Assembly (NCBI GenBank): GCA_964492135.1
Contig: CAZBJW010000003.1
Location: 9,364-73,363 of the forward strand
Direction of reading: 5' to 3'
DNA from: an uncultured Anaerolineales bacterium
Lineage (GTDB): Bacteria > Chloroflexota > Anaerolineae > UBA7937 > B3-Chlor
DNA: 64,000 bases
Shown here: positions 17,080 through 27,163 of the stretch, in pieces
Layout: the number at the start of each line of letters is the position of its first letter
How positions within the stretch are numbered: the stretch's first letter is position 1
Translations under genes and position numbers: made by a program
Notes under the pieces: generated by a model
The model's input: only the letters and a program-made list of their open reading frames with translations
Database searches by the model: none
Told to the model about the DNA's origin: nothing

Positions 17080-18002
17080 CGCTGTGCCCTTTTCCCTCTC
17101 GGAGATTCCTCCTCGAACTGTCCGTTGCGCCAGATTACACATTGGCCAAAAGGCGACTCTTGGTTGAGGGAACAGGCCCTCAAGGTCACATACTCCGCTA
17201 GGTAGCTGGACATGACCTTGGGGGCCAGGATATTCTCCACTTGGAATATGCCAGCCGGGTTGTCGATCAGAGCCGTGATATTGATAGGAGTAGTCTCTTC
17301 CTCCTCGATAACGACCTCCTCCACCGCCAGGGCCGAAAGGGAATGGGAATCGACTTTGCCTAGCTCGAAGACCGCCCGACCTCTGCCCTCGGTCATATCC
17401 GTCCCGTCGGCAACGGCGACAATGGCCGCCTCCATGGTGAGAGGCAAAGGGTTCAGGTCGTGCGTGGCGATGGCCGAAAGGATGAAACTGGTCAATGTCT
17501 GCCGCTTGGTGTCGTCGGGATAGATCTGTTGAAGCAACCTCTCCAGGATAGGCGCTGCCAATGTTACTCCATAGGCCTGATGCCCTTTGCGGTGGATCTG
17601 GTTGCCGATGTCATGGAGCATGGCCGAGGCCAGCAGGACGAGCATAGCATCATCTCGATCTCCAGCCCCCGAGCGCTCCACATCCAGGGCAACACCGTGC
17701 CTGGTCAATATTTCAGCCATGCGCAAAGCGTTGGCGGCTACCACTTGGGCGTGTACCTGGCCGTGATCGTTGTAACCCAACTTGCCGATGGTCACATAGG
17801 CGGTCATATCCCAGAGGGCGCGCGTTCTCTTGTCGTTCAGGAGAAGATCGTATAGTTCAGCGGTTCGGGGGTAAGCTTCGACGATCTCCAGTAGGGCCTC
17901 ATCTGATGCGTGGGCCAGATCGTGATATTGCCAATCGAGCCGCACCAACACCCCATCACTATGATGAGTGCATGGTGGGTGATTACTCCTTTTCCTGCTC
18001 AT
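17076..18002 (-). CDS. HD-domain phosphohydrolase
   Basis: The HD signature is present (GQVHAQVV...LLASAMLHDIGN). The likely start is MSRKRSNH at 18002, and the long upstream extension in the track overlaps the preceding gene. Confidence 0.75.
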   Translation of the reverse strand: MSRKRSNHPPCTHHSDGVLVRLDWQYHDLAHASDEALLEIVEAYPRTAELYDLLLNDKRTRALWDMTAYVTIGKLGYNDHGQVHAQVVAANALRMAEILTRHGVALDVERSGAGDRDDAMLVLLASAMLHDIGNQIHRKGHQAYGVTLAAPILERLLQQIYPDDTKRQTLTSFILSAIATHDLNPLPLTMEAAIVAVADGTDMTEGRGRAVFELGKVDSHSLSALAVEEVVIEEEETTPINITALIDNPAGIFQVENILAPKVMSSYLAEYVTLRACSLNQESPFGQCVIWRNGQFEEESPRGKRAQR

Positions 18003-18678
18003 CGCTCTCCCTCCTAGGCACAGTCCCATAGGCCGCATAGACCGTGCCCCAAAGGTGCTCCTCGTACTCGACCCTGCCAATCAATTCCTCTAATTCTTCC
18101 CAAGGTTTCCCTCCCCAGTACGCTCCTCTCATGCTGGGCGGAATCCAAGGGTTACCTAGCCAATGCAAAAGGGGGTTCAACAACAGGCCGTACCATCGTT
18201 TGCTGAATTTGCCGTCGGCGATGAGCACCCGACCTCCCGGCTTGACGGCGCTTATCATGCGCTTCAAGAGGCGCCGTCTATCCTGGAATAGACCTATAGC
18301 CAGCGTACAGACGGCGGCATCCACCGGCTCCGAAAGCGCGAAGTTGGCCGCATCGCCTCGAATCAATTCGATATTCCCCCAGCCATGTCGCTCTATTTTC
18401 TTTCGCGCTTGGGCGAGCATGTCGGGGGAGTAATCGACGCCGATTATCCTACCCTCGGGCCCGACCACTTCCTCTAGGGCCTCGAAGTTCAACCCCGTGC
18501 CACAAGCCAAGTCCACGACCATATCCCCCGGCTTCAACCCCAATCGCTTGGCCATCTCCCTCCTCAAACGCCTCTCCTGTCCCAAGGCCAACAGGGCGAC
18601 TAATCTGTCGTGCCAGGGAGCGCCCTTCCCATAGGTGGTCTCTACCTCTTTCAAGACGGCGTTTTCCATACCAGGCAC
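17983..18678 (-). CDS. class I SAM-dependent methyltransferase
   Basis: 231 aa with motif I VVDLACGTGLNF and post-I IIGVDYSPDML. Confidence 0.85.
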   Translation of the reverse strand: MPGMENAVLKEVETTYGKGAPWHDRLVALLALGQERRLRREMAKRLGLKPGDMVVDLACGTGLNFEALEEVVGPEGRIIGVDYSPDMLAQARKKIERHGWGNIELIRGDAANFALSEPVDAAVCTLAIGLFQDRRRLLKRMISAVKPGGRVLIADGKFSKRWYGLLLNPLLHWLGNPWIPPSMRGAYWGGKPWEELEELIGRVEYEEHLWGTVYAAYGTVPRRESDEQEKE

Positions 18679-18683
18679 CTCGG

Positions 18684-18980
18684 CTACTTCGTTCCTCTTC
18701 TAGAGGAGAGCGGCGCTAGTTGGTGGGAGCAGGCGGCTTCCTCGACCACATCCGCCTTCCATCTAGGAGAGATGGCTCGCCCTCCACCCCTAGAGTCGCC
18801 TTCCAGAAACCAGGCGATGAAGTAGGCCGCTGGGCACATCAGTACTACTCCCAGTAAGATCACCTTGCTTAGGGAGGCACCGTAGAGGGCCCAGAGATAG
18901 AAAGCAGCTAACGAGAGCAGGGCACAGAATGCCATAGGACCCCACTCCCCCACTCGTCTTGTCAGCCTTGTCCAACTCAT
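18684..18980 (-). CDS. small membrane protein
   Basis: The MSWTRLTRRVGEWGPMAFCALLSLAAFYLWALYG...VILLGVVLMCPAAYFIAWFL portion of the track ORF has two TM helices. The start is uncertain. Confidence 0.4.
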   Translation of the reverse strand: MSWTRLTRRVGEWGPMAFCALLSLAAFYLWALYGASLSKVILLGVVLMCPAAYFIAWFLEGDSRGGGRAISPRWKADVVEEAACSHQLAPLSSRRGTK

Positions 18981-19030
18981 CGTTCTCCCTCCCCCTTGTA
19001 CGGGCATTTCTCCTCCAAGAGCCGAGTCTT

Positions 19031-19222
19031 CTAGCGGCCCTTCCCCTTTCGGTGTTTCTTTCTCCTCTCTCCCCACTCGGGACGGGCGTACTGCCCCGGA
19101 CCCCTTTCGAATTTGGTTTGACAGAGGGGACAACAAAGGTAATAGGTGACCCTTTCATACTCTATGGCCGCTTGGGCTCGATGGCGATTGACGCGCTTCC
19201 CACAAACCGGATCTCTCAGCAT
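19031..19222 (-). CDS. YHS/TRASH-domain mini-protein
   Basis: MLRDPVCGKRVNRHRAQAAIEYERVTYYLCCPLCQTKFERGPGQY... The start is set at the Met preceding the DPVCG motif. Confidence 0.7.
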   Translation of the reverse strand: MLRDPVCGKRVNRHRAQAAIEYERVTYYLCCPLCQTKFERGPGQYARPEWGERRKKHRKGKGR

Positions 19223-19227
19223 AATGC

Positions 19228-19683
19228 TTACTCTTCCTCCCCCATCATGCGCCACACCTGCCAAGGAAAGCGGCGACCGCGACTGCGCCAGCGGGGTAAG
19301 AGTTTGCCCCCTGGCCCTCTATCCACCGGCTTCTTGAGCGACTCCTTAGTCAAAGTAGATAGAGGAACCCATCCATCCTCGCCTTTGGCCACTTGGATAA
19401 CAGGGCCCTGACGACGGGCATATCGTGGCTCCTTCTCAGTCTTTTGAACAGCAATCACCTCCACAGGGCACTCTCTCTGGCAAGCCACACAGCCTATGCA
19501 ACGACTTACTTGGACTGGATACTGCATCATCCAGCGGCGGGGCTCTGTCTTCCCACCGAAATCGGCGCCCTCAGGCCCCGCTCGGCTTGGCCGGGTCATG
19601 TCCAAAGCCTGCACGGGGCACACATCCATGCAGATCCCACAGTTGATGCATCCACTTCGGTCAACGGTGGATTTGAAAGCCAT
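19228..19683 (-). CDS. 2x[4Fe-4S] ferredoxin-domain protein
   Basis: Two CxxCxxCxxxCP motifs are present (CINCGICMDVCP and CIGCVACQRECP). Confidence 0.85.
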   Translation of the reverse strand: MAFKSTVDRSGCINCGICMDVCPVQALDMTRPSRAGPEGADFGGKTEPRRWMMQYPVQVSRCIGCVACQRECPVEVIAVQKTEKEPRYARRQGPVIQVAKGEDGWVPLSTLTKESLKKPVDRGPGGKLLPRWRSRGRRFPWQVWRMMGEEE

Positions 19684-19704
19684 CTTCTACTCCCAGCAAC
19701 TGAC

Positions 19705-20796
19705 TCATTCAGCGTCCCAGCACTTGGTAGTGGTCCAGGTTTTGCCCACTACGCCATCCAGATGCGCCTCATCTAACCGCATGGCTCTCTCGTAGTAGTC
19801 CATCACGCGGTGGAGGACCGGTGGCAATCGCACGATCTCGCCAAGGGCCGCGATAATGCTGTTGGGAAGAGGAGGGAGCACCCGCTGGAGCCATGACATG
19901 GCGGCGAAGTATTTGCGATGCCCTTCGACGAAGCGCCGATATAGGGCCTGGCCCTCTTCCCTACTCAGTTCGCCATTAAGCACTCGCCGTACGAGGTGCC
20001 CGCAGACTCTTCCAAAGTAGAGGGCCGGGCGGATGCCTTCACCTGTGAGGGCCAGGCATTGCCCGGCGGCATCGCCTACGAGGAAAAGTTGGCCCACCAC
20101 CGGCTCACGCAGCTCGTGAGGGAAGAAACTACCGTGCACTCCATCCTGATGCAAGCCCAGATCGTTCACAAAGGAGTGCAACTTACCACCTAGCCTGGTC
20201 TCTCCCCGATAACTGCCGATGCCGATGCTGCTGGTTGCACCTCGCGGAAAGACCCAGGCCACTCCTCGTTGAAGGACGTGGGGGTCATACCAGAAATGCA
20301 GTCCATCATGGCGATGCTCAACAACTGTCTCCATGCCGAAATTAAGATCTTCGCGGCGTACAAAGCCTGGTCGTAGGCTGCTCGCCAGAGCGGCTCGCCA
20401 ACCACTAGCGTCGATGAGAACCTTCCCTTCAAAGGATCCTTGGGGGGTTAAAACAGCCCCTCCCTCCACCCCGATGGCCGGTGCATTAACGAAATCGGCA
20501 TTCGTGCGGTCTGCCAGAAGGCGACAGAAGTGGGCGTAGTCGAAGGTGCAGAAGGGGTAGACCAGATCGTAAGCCAAGTCGCGCCTAGCGGTATGAACGA
20601 TGATGCGGTCGTGCACCTGGATCACGCAGTCCGTGGCGTCTAACGCTTCGAGGACCCGAAGGATAGTGCCACAGGCCGAGGTCTGGCCGGTCCCGATGGG
20701 CTTGCGCTCCAGCAGCAGCACGCGCTTGCCCCGTAGCTCGGCGGCAACGCTCAACCCGGCAAAGCTCGCCCCGGCAATGATAGCGTCGTAGCGCAT
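19705..20796 (-). CDS. FAD-dependent oxidoreductase (geranylgeranyl-reductase-like family)
   Basis: 363 aa with an N-terminal dinucleotide fold (YDAIIAGASFAGLSVAAEL...LLLERK) and the later motif FLVGDAAG. Confidence 0.8.
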   Translation of the reverse strand: MRYDAIIAGASFAGLSVAAELRGKRVLLLERKPIGTGQTSACGTILRVLEALDATDCVIQVHDRIIVHTARRDLAYDLVYPFCTFDYAHFCRLLADRTNADFVNAPAIGVEGGAVLTPQGSFEGKVLIDASGWRAALASSLRPGFVRREDLNFGMETVVEHRHDGLHFWYDPHVLQRGVAWVFPRGATSSIGIGSYRGETRLGGKLHSFVNDLGLHQDGVHGSFFPHELREPVVGQLFLVGDAAGQCLALTGEGIRPALYFGRVCGHLVRRVLNGELSREEGQALYRRFVEGHRKYFAAMSWLQRVLPPLPNSIIAALGEIVRLPPVLHRVMDYYERAMRLDEAHLDGVVGKTWTTTKCWDAE

Positions 20797-21071
20797 ATTG
20801 TCCCCCTTCCGTTGAACCCCCGCCCAAGCTATCTCTCGGTCACTCCCCGCGCCAATTGGCCTGGAACCGTGGAGGCCATTCCCGACCTCTGGATTAGTTC
20901 AGTCATCCGCCTCATTCTCTCTGTGGGGGCCATCGCCGCGTTGACCGGTTTCTGTGCAAGCGGAAAGAAGGCACCAACATAGGCATCCTGCAACCATAAG
21001 CCTACTGCTCCGTGCCCAATCTCCTCCCACCCCCCTCTTCTTGGCTTCTCTCACTACTGCTCATCGAAGGC

Positions 21072-21103
21072 GGCTGGTGAGGGGGAACTCCCCCTCACCA
21101 GCC
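21072..21103 (-). terminator. 14-bp perfect GC-rich hairpin downstream of the YHS gene (no U-tract)
   Basis: GGCTGGTGAGGGGG-aact-CCCCCTCACCAGCC read directly. A second copy lies at 32444-32473. Confidence 0.4.
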
Positions 21104-21113
21104 AGGGAAGAAC

Positions 21114-21302
21114 CTAGTGACCTCCGTGTCCCATGCCTTCATGCCCCATCTGTCCCTGCATTCCCACATACTTCTGCGGATCTTTGTCGAAAGCCGCTTT
21201 GCAGCCCTGGGAGCAGAAGTAATAGGTCTTCCCCATGTGCTCTGACTTGGCGGCCGCCTTCTTCTCCTCGACGGTCATGCCACAGACCGGGTCCTTAGCC
21301 AT
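21114..21302 (-). CDS. YHS/TRASH-domain protein with His/Met/Gly-rich tail
   Basis: MAKDPVCGMTVEEKKAAAKSEHMGKTYYFCSQGCKAAFDKDPQKYVGMQGQMGHEGMGHGGH. Confidence 0.85.
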   Translation of the reverse strand: MAKDPVCGMTVEEKKAAAKSEHMGKTYYFCSQGCKAAFDKDPQKYVGMQGQMGHEGMGHGGH

Positions 21303-21341
21303 GGTTTGTCACCTCCTTTCTTCGGACAGGTTCAGCGGGCT

Positions 21342-21524
21342 CTATTCACTCTCCGCTGTATCGCCGCCCTTCTCCTCGACGGACGCGATGTACCTCTTAG
21401 GATTGGCGAGGAATAGCTCTTTGCAGGTGGGTCGGCAGAAGTGGTAGACTTTGTTTTTGTACTCGGTGCGGAAGGTGAAGCCCCTCTCGTCGATTTCCAT
21501 ACCACAGACGGGATCTTTAGCCAT
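21342..21524 (-). CDS. YHS/TRASH-domain mini-protein
   Basis: [45 protein letters not shown]... The start is set at the Met conserved in the duplicate copy. Confidence 0.85.
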   Translation of the reverse strand: MAKDPVCGMEIDERGFTFRTEYKNKVYHFCRPTCKELFLANPKRYIASVEEKGGDTAESE

Positions 21525-21557
21525 CTTTCTCACCTCCCTTGGCAGATAATCTAGCCT

Positions 21558-22334
21558 TCATCTAGCTCTAACATGTCCACAAATTGACCATGCCAGTTGT
21601 GGTAACCAGACCTGGCCGCTGTAGCCATTGACGCTCAACATGCCATAGATCTGCCCATCTTTGAGAACGTGGATAGTATAATACCCGTAGAGGTGATCGG
21701 CTTCATCGGCCACCTCGGTGCCAGGGATGTAGGTCTCTAAATATCGTTGTGCATGCTGAAGAGCCTGGTCAGCCGACACAGGCATGTCGGTGCTGGGCTC
21801 TTCTGTACCGGAGCCGCTCATCATGCCTCCCGTCATCCCTCCCCAGCCTGAGCCCGAATGCATGCCGTACTTGGCATTCCACATCATATTGGGCCCATAC
21901 TCCGGATAGACGGCACCGGTCTCTTTGTCGATGAGTAGTTCCATGGCGTGCACACCAGTGCTCTTCTCGACCACCTCAGCGTAGAAGTTGTCGGCGAACT
22001 CCATCACCTCGGCGATGGCCAGCCCTGGCAGGCTGAGGGAGTGGAGATAGCCTTCCACCGCCTCTTGGGCATCCTTCAGGCTGAGGGCCTCACCACCACT
22101 GCGAGGAACGGTTCTCCCCCAGCTGGCGTATCCAGAAGCCATCATCCCGCCATACCCTGAGCGGTCGCCCATCATCCAGGGACCCATCCAATTCCCCATG
22201 TGGAAAGGCCAGGCCCAACTCGAGATGGCGGGGCGGGCCAAGGTCCAGGCCACGAACCCTCCCACGAAAATCAAAAGAAGGGCAGCGAGAGTGGCAACCG
22301 TTGTCACGACTGTCCACTGAACCTTGTTTGTCAT
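21558..22334 (-). CDS. membrane-anchored PepSY-like protein with Met/Gly-rich linkers
   Basis: 258 aa with an N-terminal TM helix. Met/Gly/Trp-rich segments are present (HMGNWMGPWMMGDRSGYGGMMASGY and GWGGMTGGMMSGSG), along with two PepSY-like modules. Confidence 0.55.
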   Translation of the reverse strand: MTNKVQWTVVTTVATLAALLLIFVGGFVAWTLARPAISSWAWPFHMGNWMGPWMMGDRSGYGGMMASGYASWGRTVPRSGGEALSLKDAQEAVEGYLHSLSLPGLAIAEVMEFADNFYAEVVEKSTGVHAMELLIDKETGAVYPEYGPNMMWNAKYGMHSGSGWGGMTGGMMSGSGTEEPSTDMPVSADQALQHAQRYLETYIPGTEVADEADHLYGYYTIHVLKDGQIYGMLSVNGYSGQVWLPQLAWSICGHVRAR

Positions 22335-22364
22335 CTGCAGTCCTCCTCTATCTTTTGCAATAGT

Positions 22365-23042
22365 TCAAAATGTTTCCTTGATCCTACCGTCCTCCATCCA
22401 GAGGACACGGTGGGCTATGTCCTTGATGCGCTCATCATGACCGACCATGACCACGGTTCTCTCCTGCTCGCAGGCGATGCGACAGAGGAGGTCAATCACC
22501 TGGCGACCGGTCTTGGAGTCCAGATTTCCCGTTGGCTCATCAGCCAAGATCATCTTGGGTTGATTGGCCAGAGCGCGAGCGATGGCTACCCTCTGTTGTT
22601 CGCCGCCTGAAAGATCCTTTGGGAGATGGTTCAACCGCTCTTTGAGGCCCAGGTCCGAAAGCAGATTCTGCGCCCGCTCAAGGCCCAACCGGTCTCTCCT
22701 GCCAACCAGTTTCATGGGCACCATCACGTTCTCCAGAGCGGTCAAGTTAGAGAGCAGGTTGAAAGCCTGGAAGACGAACCCGATATTCTCGATCCTTATT
22801 CTGGGAAGTTCCCTTTCGCCCAGATCGGTTATCTTTTTACCATTGATGAAGATATCCCCTTCGGTAGGCCTCAAAAGAGCGCCAGCCATGGAGAGAAGGG
22901 TTGTCTTGCCACTCCCCGAAGGGCCCATTATCAAGACGATCTCGCCCTTCTCCACCTTCAAATCCACCCCCTGCATGGCCTTCACAGCCGTGTGGCCTGA
23001 CCCATAGACCTTGCTAACTCCACATAACTCTAGGACTCTCAT
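22365..23042 (-). CDS. ABC transporter ATP-binding protein (MacB/LolD/FtsE-like)
   Basis: Walker A GPSGSGKTT, signature LSGGEQQRVAIARAL and Walker B ILADEPTGNLD. Confidence 0.9.
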   Translation of the reverse strand: MRVLELCGVSKVYGSGHTAVKAMQGVDLKVEKGEIVLIMGPSGSGKTTLLSMAGALLRPTEGDIFINGKKITDLGERELPRIRIENIGFVFQAFNLLSNLTALENVMVPMKLVGRRDRLGLERAQNLLSDLGLKERLNHLPKDLSGGEQQRVAIARALANQPKMILADEPTGNLDSKTGRQVIDLLCRIACEQERTVVMVGHDERIKDIAHRVLWMEDGRIKETF

Positions 23043-23049
23043 TTCCCCC

Positions 23050-24156
23050 TCAGGCTCTGAATACCACAGCAGGATCTATGCCCCCTATCCTGCGCGCCGG
23101 GATGTAGGAGGCCACGAGGCTCATCAAAAGGGTGACCCCTAGGAGGCCCGCAATCTCCTGGATCCGAAGATAGGTAACGAATGCGGGCACGAATGCCGCA
23201 GCGGCCGCATTCACAGCCCATCCCAATAGAACTCCCACCATAAAACCTAGAAGCCCACAGGTAAGGCTCTGTTCAAAGGTGATCTTATAGAGATCCCAGT
23301 TATTCGCCCCGATGGCTTTGAGGATCCCGTATTCGCGCGACTTCTCCACCGTGGCGGTATATATGGTCAGACCGATCACTGCCACCCCAATGATGAAACC
23401 GATGACCACCAGAACGGAGAAAATCGGCAGGAAACTCTCCGTCATTATCTTGCGGTTGTTCTCCGCGAACTCGGCCTTGGTGAGGGCCTCCGCCCCTGGC
23501 ATCTCTTCGCTTATCCTCTGGGCAACCTCCTGGGCTTTGTTCGAATCGTCCACGGAGACCAAGAAGTAGTTGGTCAGATTCCCCATTCGGAAAAGGTCCT
23601 CAGCATCCTCCTGGCGGATGAAAGAAAACTGATAGATGACCAGATTGCCACCTTCCGAGATGCCAGCCCCCCTGAATTCTCGGCCCCCAATGATCAGGCT
23701 GTCCCCCGACCTAAGGGCGTTATTCCTGGCGAAGACCCCATCGATGATGATCTCTCCCTCTTGAGGCCTATCCCGCCCCTCGAACACCCTCAGGGGCCCA
23801 CCAACCCCCATCTCCGTGTGGAAGCCGAAGAGGAAAGTATGAACCTCCTTCCCATCGATCTTAAAGCCTATCTGCCGCCCTAGCAGCCGATGCACCTCCT
23901 CCACCCCCTCAAGGGCGCCGATCTCTCCCTCCATCCCACGCGGCAAGATAGAGATGGAGTGGAACATGTCGGAGGCCCCCTCCTGCATGATCCATAAATC
24001 CGCCTACACCCCTTCTACATAGGCTCCCAGCTTCCCAACCCAGCCGAGATATAGACTGCTCAACACCAAGATAAGGAGCACGGCGAAAGCCACGCCACCT
24101 ACCGAGATGGCAAACCTGGTCTTCTCAGCAAAGAGGTTCTTTCTAGCGATCGACAT
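23050..24156 (-). pseudogene. FtsX/MacB-type ABC permease with one in-frame TAG
   Basis: Hand translation from ATG at 24156 gives MSIARKNLFAEKTRFAISVGGVAFAVLLILVLSSLYLGWVGKLGAYVEGV[TAG at 24006-24004]ADLWIMQEGASDMF..., which runs into the track ORF 23050-23988 in the same frame (369 codons in total). Confidence 0.75.
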
Positions 24157-24434
24157 AGTAACCTTCCATCGTCTCTTGGATGTTCATTAGGCTGAGGGCC
24201 CCACTACTCTTGGGATGAACGGTTCTCCTTCGTCGACAATTATCCACCCTCACTCCCAATAGATAGCAAACTCAGGGCAGGATCACTCCGTTTTAGACCC
24301 GTTTCAACCATGTTAAATTATCAGGCCTTGTGGGGGGCGAAGGTGTCAGGATCTCGCCTTTCAAGTACTGGATGGCAAAGCAGCAGGGGAGTAGAACCTG
24401 ACCACCCTCGCCCCACACGTACCTCCCAGATGGT

Positions 24435-24680
24435 CTACTCTCCAGCTTGAGCGATCTCGCTCCCACAGTGGGGGCATTTGACCCAGCCCTCTTGCAGGAA
24501 TCGACCACAGGAGGGACAGGCACGAGTATATCCCGTTGGTGCCGTCTCCATACGAGCAGGCATCAAGCCATCCGTTTGCCCAGCCTTCCGGTAGAGCAGA
24601 TAGGCTCCTACCACTAGCGCTATGGGCAGCGCCAGGAAGAAGAGCAGGAATATCGGCCACAAGAAAAACATGCCCATCAT
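24435..24680 (-). CDS. small membrane protein with C-terminal zinc ribbon
   Basis: 81 aa with an N-terminal TM helix and CPSCG...CPHCG. Confidence 0.55.
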   Translation of the reverse strand: MMGMFFLWPIFLLFFLALPIALVVGAYLLYRKAGQTDGLMPARMETAPTGYTRACPSCGRFLQEGWVKCPHCGSEIAQAGE

Positions 24681-24700
24681 CTCTTCACCACTCCTTTCTC

Positions 24701-27154
24701 CTAGATATTCGAGGGTGTAAACCCCCTCAGCCTGAGGGAGTTGGTCACCACAAAGACCGAACTAAAGGCCATGGCCCCGGCGGCGATGGCCGGATTGAGC
24801 AGGAGACCCAGGAAGGGGTAAAGCACTCCGGCCGCCACGGGGATACCTGCGGTGTTATAGGCGAAGGCCCAGAAGAGGTTCCACTTGATGGTGCGCATGG
24901 TACCCTTGCTGAGAGCGATGGCGGTGACCACACCCCGCAGATCCCCGCTGATGAGGGTTACGTCAGAGGCTTCCATGGCCACATCGGTGCCTGTGCCAAT
25001 GGCGATGCCCACATCGGCTTGAGCCAGAGCGGGAGCGTCGTTGATGCCATCCCCTACCATGGCTACCACCTTGCCTTGGCCTTGCAACTCCTTGATCTTA
25101 GCCGCCTTCTCTCCTGGAAGGACTTCGGCTAAGACATGGTCAAGTCCCAACTGTCGTCCTATGGCCTCAGCGGTCCGACGGTTATCCCCTGTCAGCATAT
25201 ACACTTCTAACCCCAGGTGGCGCAACTTGGACACTGCTTCCTTAGAGTTCTCCTTGAGGGTGTCGGCCACGGCGATGATCCCAGCGGCTTCGCCGTCCAC
25301 GGCAACATACATGGGGGTTTTCCCCTCGTCGGAGAGACGTACAGCCTCCTCGCTCAGGCCATTGAGGGATATCCCCTCGTCTTGCATCAGTTTCAGGTTG
25401 CCCAAGAGGACCTCCTTACCCTCGACGACGGCCCAGATACCATGGCCAGCGATAGCCCGAAAATCTTTCGGCTCCGCGAGGGACAAAGCGCGCTCCTTGG
25501 CCCGTTCCACGATGGCCTCACCCAAAGGGTGCTCGGACCCCCTCTCCGCGGAGGCGGCTAGATAGAGGAGTTCCCCCTCGGTGACACGCCCATTTACCAC
25601 GATGTCGGTGACAACCGGTTGACCCCGCGTGAGGGTTCCCGTCTTGTCCAAAACGATCACCTCAAGTTTGTGTGCCGTCTCCAACGATTCCCCACCTTTG
25701 ATGAGCACGCCGTTCTCTGCGCCCTTACCTGTACCCACCATTATGGCGGTAGGGGTGGCCAAGCCCAGAGCGCAGGGGCAGGCGATGATCAAGACAGCCA
25801 CGAAGTTCACCAAGGCGTGGGTTAAGGCCGGCTCTGGGCCCAAGAGGTACCAAACAACGAAGGTTGCTAGGGCGATAGCGATCACCCCGGGCACAAAGAC
25901 CCCGGAGATCTGGTCGGCTAGGCGCTGAATGGGCGCTTTGGAGCCTTGGGCGTCCTCCACCAGTTTTATGATCTGGGCCAGAGCGGTATCCTTGCCCACT
26001 TTGGTGGCCCGGAACTTGAAGGCCCCAACCTTGTTGAGAGTAGCACCGATCACCTCATCACCCTCTGCCTTGGCAACGGGTAGGGATTCACCAGTGATCA
26101 TCGACTGATCGACGCTGGAGCGGCCCTCCGCGACCACGCCATCTACGGGTATCTTCTCCCCAGGACGAACCAGCACGATGTCGCCGACGCGCACTTCCTC
26201 CACCGGGATGTCGACTTCCTGCCCATCCCTTAGGATCCGAGCGGTCTTGGCTTGCAGCCCCATCAGTTTCTTGATCGCCTCTGAGGTCTGGCCCTTGGCC
26301 CTGGCTTCCAGCCAGCGACCCAAGAGGATGAGAGCGATGATTATCACCGCGGTGTCGTAATATACCTCGGCTAGACCCTCCGGGAAGAAGAAGGGGATAA
26401 AGGTGGCAGCCAGGCTATAGACATAAGCCGCCGTAGTGCCCACGGCGATCAAGGTATCCATGTTGGCTCGCAGATGCTTGGCCTCCGCCCAAGCGCCTCG
26501 GTAAAAGCGCCAACCGGCCCAAAACTGTACCGGCGTCGAGAGCAAGGATAGGATGATGAACATGGTCTGCCGAGGGACCTGGGATAAGAAGGGGAAGAAC
26601 TGCTGATAGGTTCCCAGGAAGACCAAGACGGCTACCGCCCCACTGAAGAGGAAGCGATTTCTCAACTCTCGCATCTCCCGTTGCCGGGCCTCCCGCTCCC
26701 AATCCACAATCTCCTCTTCGCCAGCCGCTTCCAGCACCTCATACCCGGCTTGGTGGATGGCTCTCTTGAGGTCCGCTACGCTCACCGCTCCCGGTATATA
26801 TTCGATGGTCGCCCTTTCGGTGGCCAAGTTGACACTGACCGAGGCCACCCCATCCACACCTCCTAAGGCGCGTTCCACAGTGGCCACGCACGAAGCACAG
26901 GTCATGCCGCCGATGGGCAAAGTGACCCGCTCCACCACCGGTTGGTAGCCGGCCTCGCGAACACTAGAGGCTAGTTCAGAGAGCCTGGTCAGGGAGGGGT
27001 CATAGATCACCGTGGCTTTCTCCGTTGCGAAGTTCACGGTAGCGTTGGCGACGCCGGGCACGCCGTTCAGGGCCCTTTCAACCGTGGCCACACAGGAGGC
27101 ACAGGTCATCCCTTGTACCGGTAACACTATCTTGTTGGTAGCCATCATCTTCAC
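24701..27154 (-). CDS. copA: copper-translocating P1B-type ATPase with two N-terminal HMA domains
   Basis: 817 aa with two GMTCASC motifs, TGES, the transmembrane CPC, DKTGT and GDGINDAP. Confidence 0.95.
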   Translation of the reverse strand: MKMMATNKIVLPVQGMTCASCVATVERALNGVPGVANATVNFATEKATVIYDPSLTRLSELASSVREAGYQPVVERVTLPIGGMTCASCVATVERALGGVDGVASVSVNLATERATIEYIPGAVSVADLKRAIHQAGYEVLEAAGEEEIVDWEREARQREMRELRNRFLFSGAVAVLVFLGTYQQFFPFLSQVPRQTMFIILSLLSTPVQFWAGWRFYRGAWAEAKHLRANMDTLIAVGTTAAYVYSLAATFIPFFFPEGLAEVYYDTAVIIIALILLGRWLEARAKGQTSEAIKKLMGLQAKTARILRDGQEVDIPVEEVRVGDIVLVRPGEKIPVDGVVAEGRSSVDQSMITGESLPVAKAEGDEVIGATLNKVGAFKFRATKVGKDTALAQIIKLVEDAQGSKAPIQRLADQISGVFVPGVIAIALATFVVWYLLGPEPALTHALVNFVAVLIIACPCALGLATPTAIMVGTGKGAENGVLIKGGESLETAHKLEVIVLDKTGTLTRGQPVVTDIVVNGRVTEGELLYLAASAERGSEHPLGEAIVERAKERALSLAEPKDFRAIAGHGIWAVVEGKEVLLGNLKLMQDEGISLNGLSEEAVRLSDEGKTPMYVAVDGEAAGIIAVADTLKENSKEAVSKLRHLGLEVYMLTGDNRRTAEAIGRQLGLDHVLAEVLPGEKAAKIKELQGQGKVVAMVGDGINDAPALAQADVGIAIGTGTDVAMEASDVTLISGDLRGVVTAIALSKGTMRTIKWNLFWAFAYNTAGIPVAAGVLYPFLGLLLNPAIAAGAMAFSSVFVVTNSLRLRGFTPSNI

Positions 27155-27163
27155 CTCCGAATC

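Larger units (their letters stand above)
21062..21528 (-). repeat. copy 1 of a ~465-bp two-gene YHS cassette
   Basis: Aligns by eye along its full length with 32434-32897, with roughly nine of ten positions identical. The match covers the hairpin, both genes and the intergenic RBS region. Confidence 0.85.

Noticed and set aside
24004-24006. In-frame TAG codons (also 30831-30833) read as pyrrolysine, given the MttB-family and corrinoid genes in the window
   Set aside because: TAG is the ordinary stop of at least five well-supported genes here (ends at 2420, 3489, 4439, 6291 and 7432). No pylTSBCD genes are visible. The positions (an FtsX loop and codon 4 of a repressor) have no precedent for Pyl. 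A nonsense mutation or base error is far more likely.
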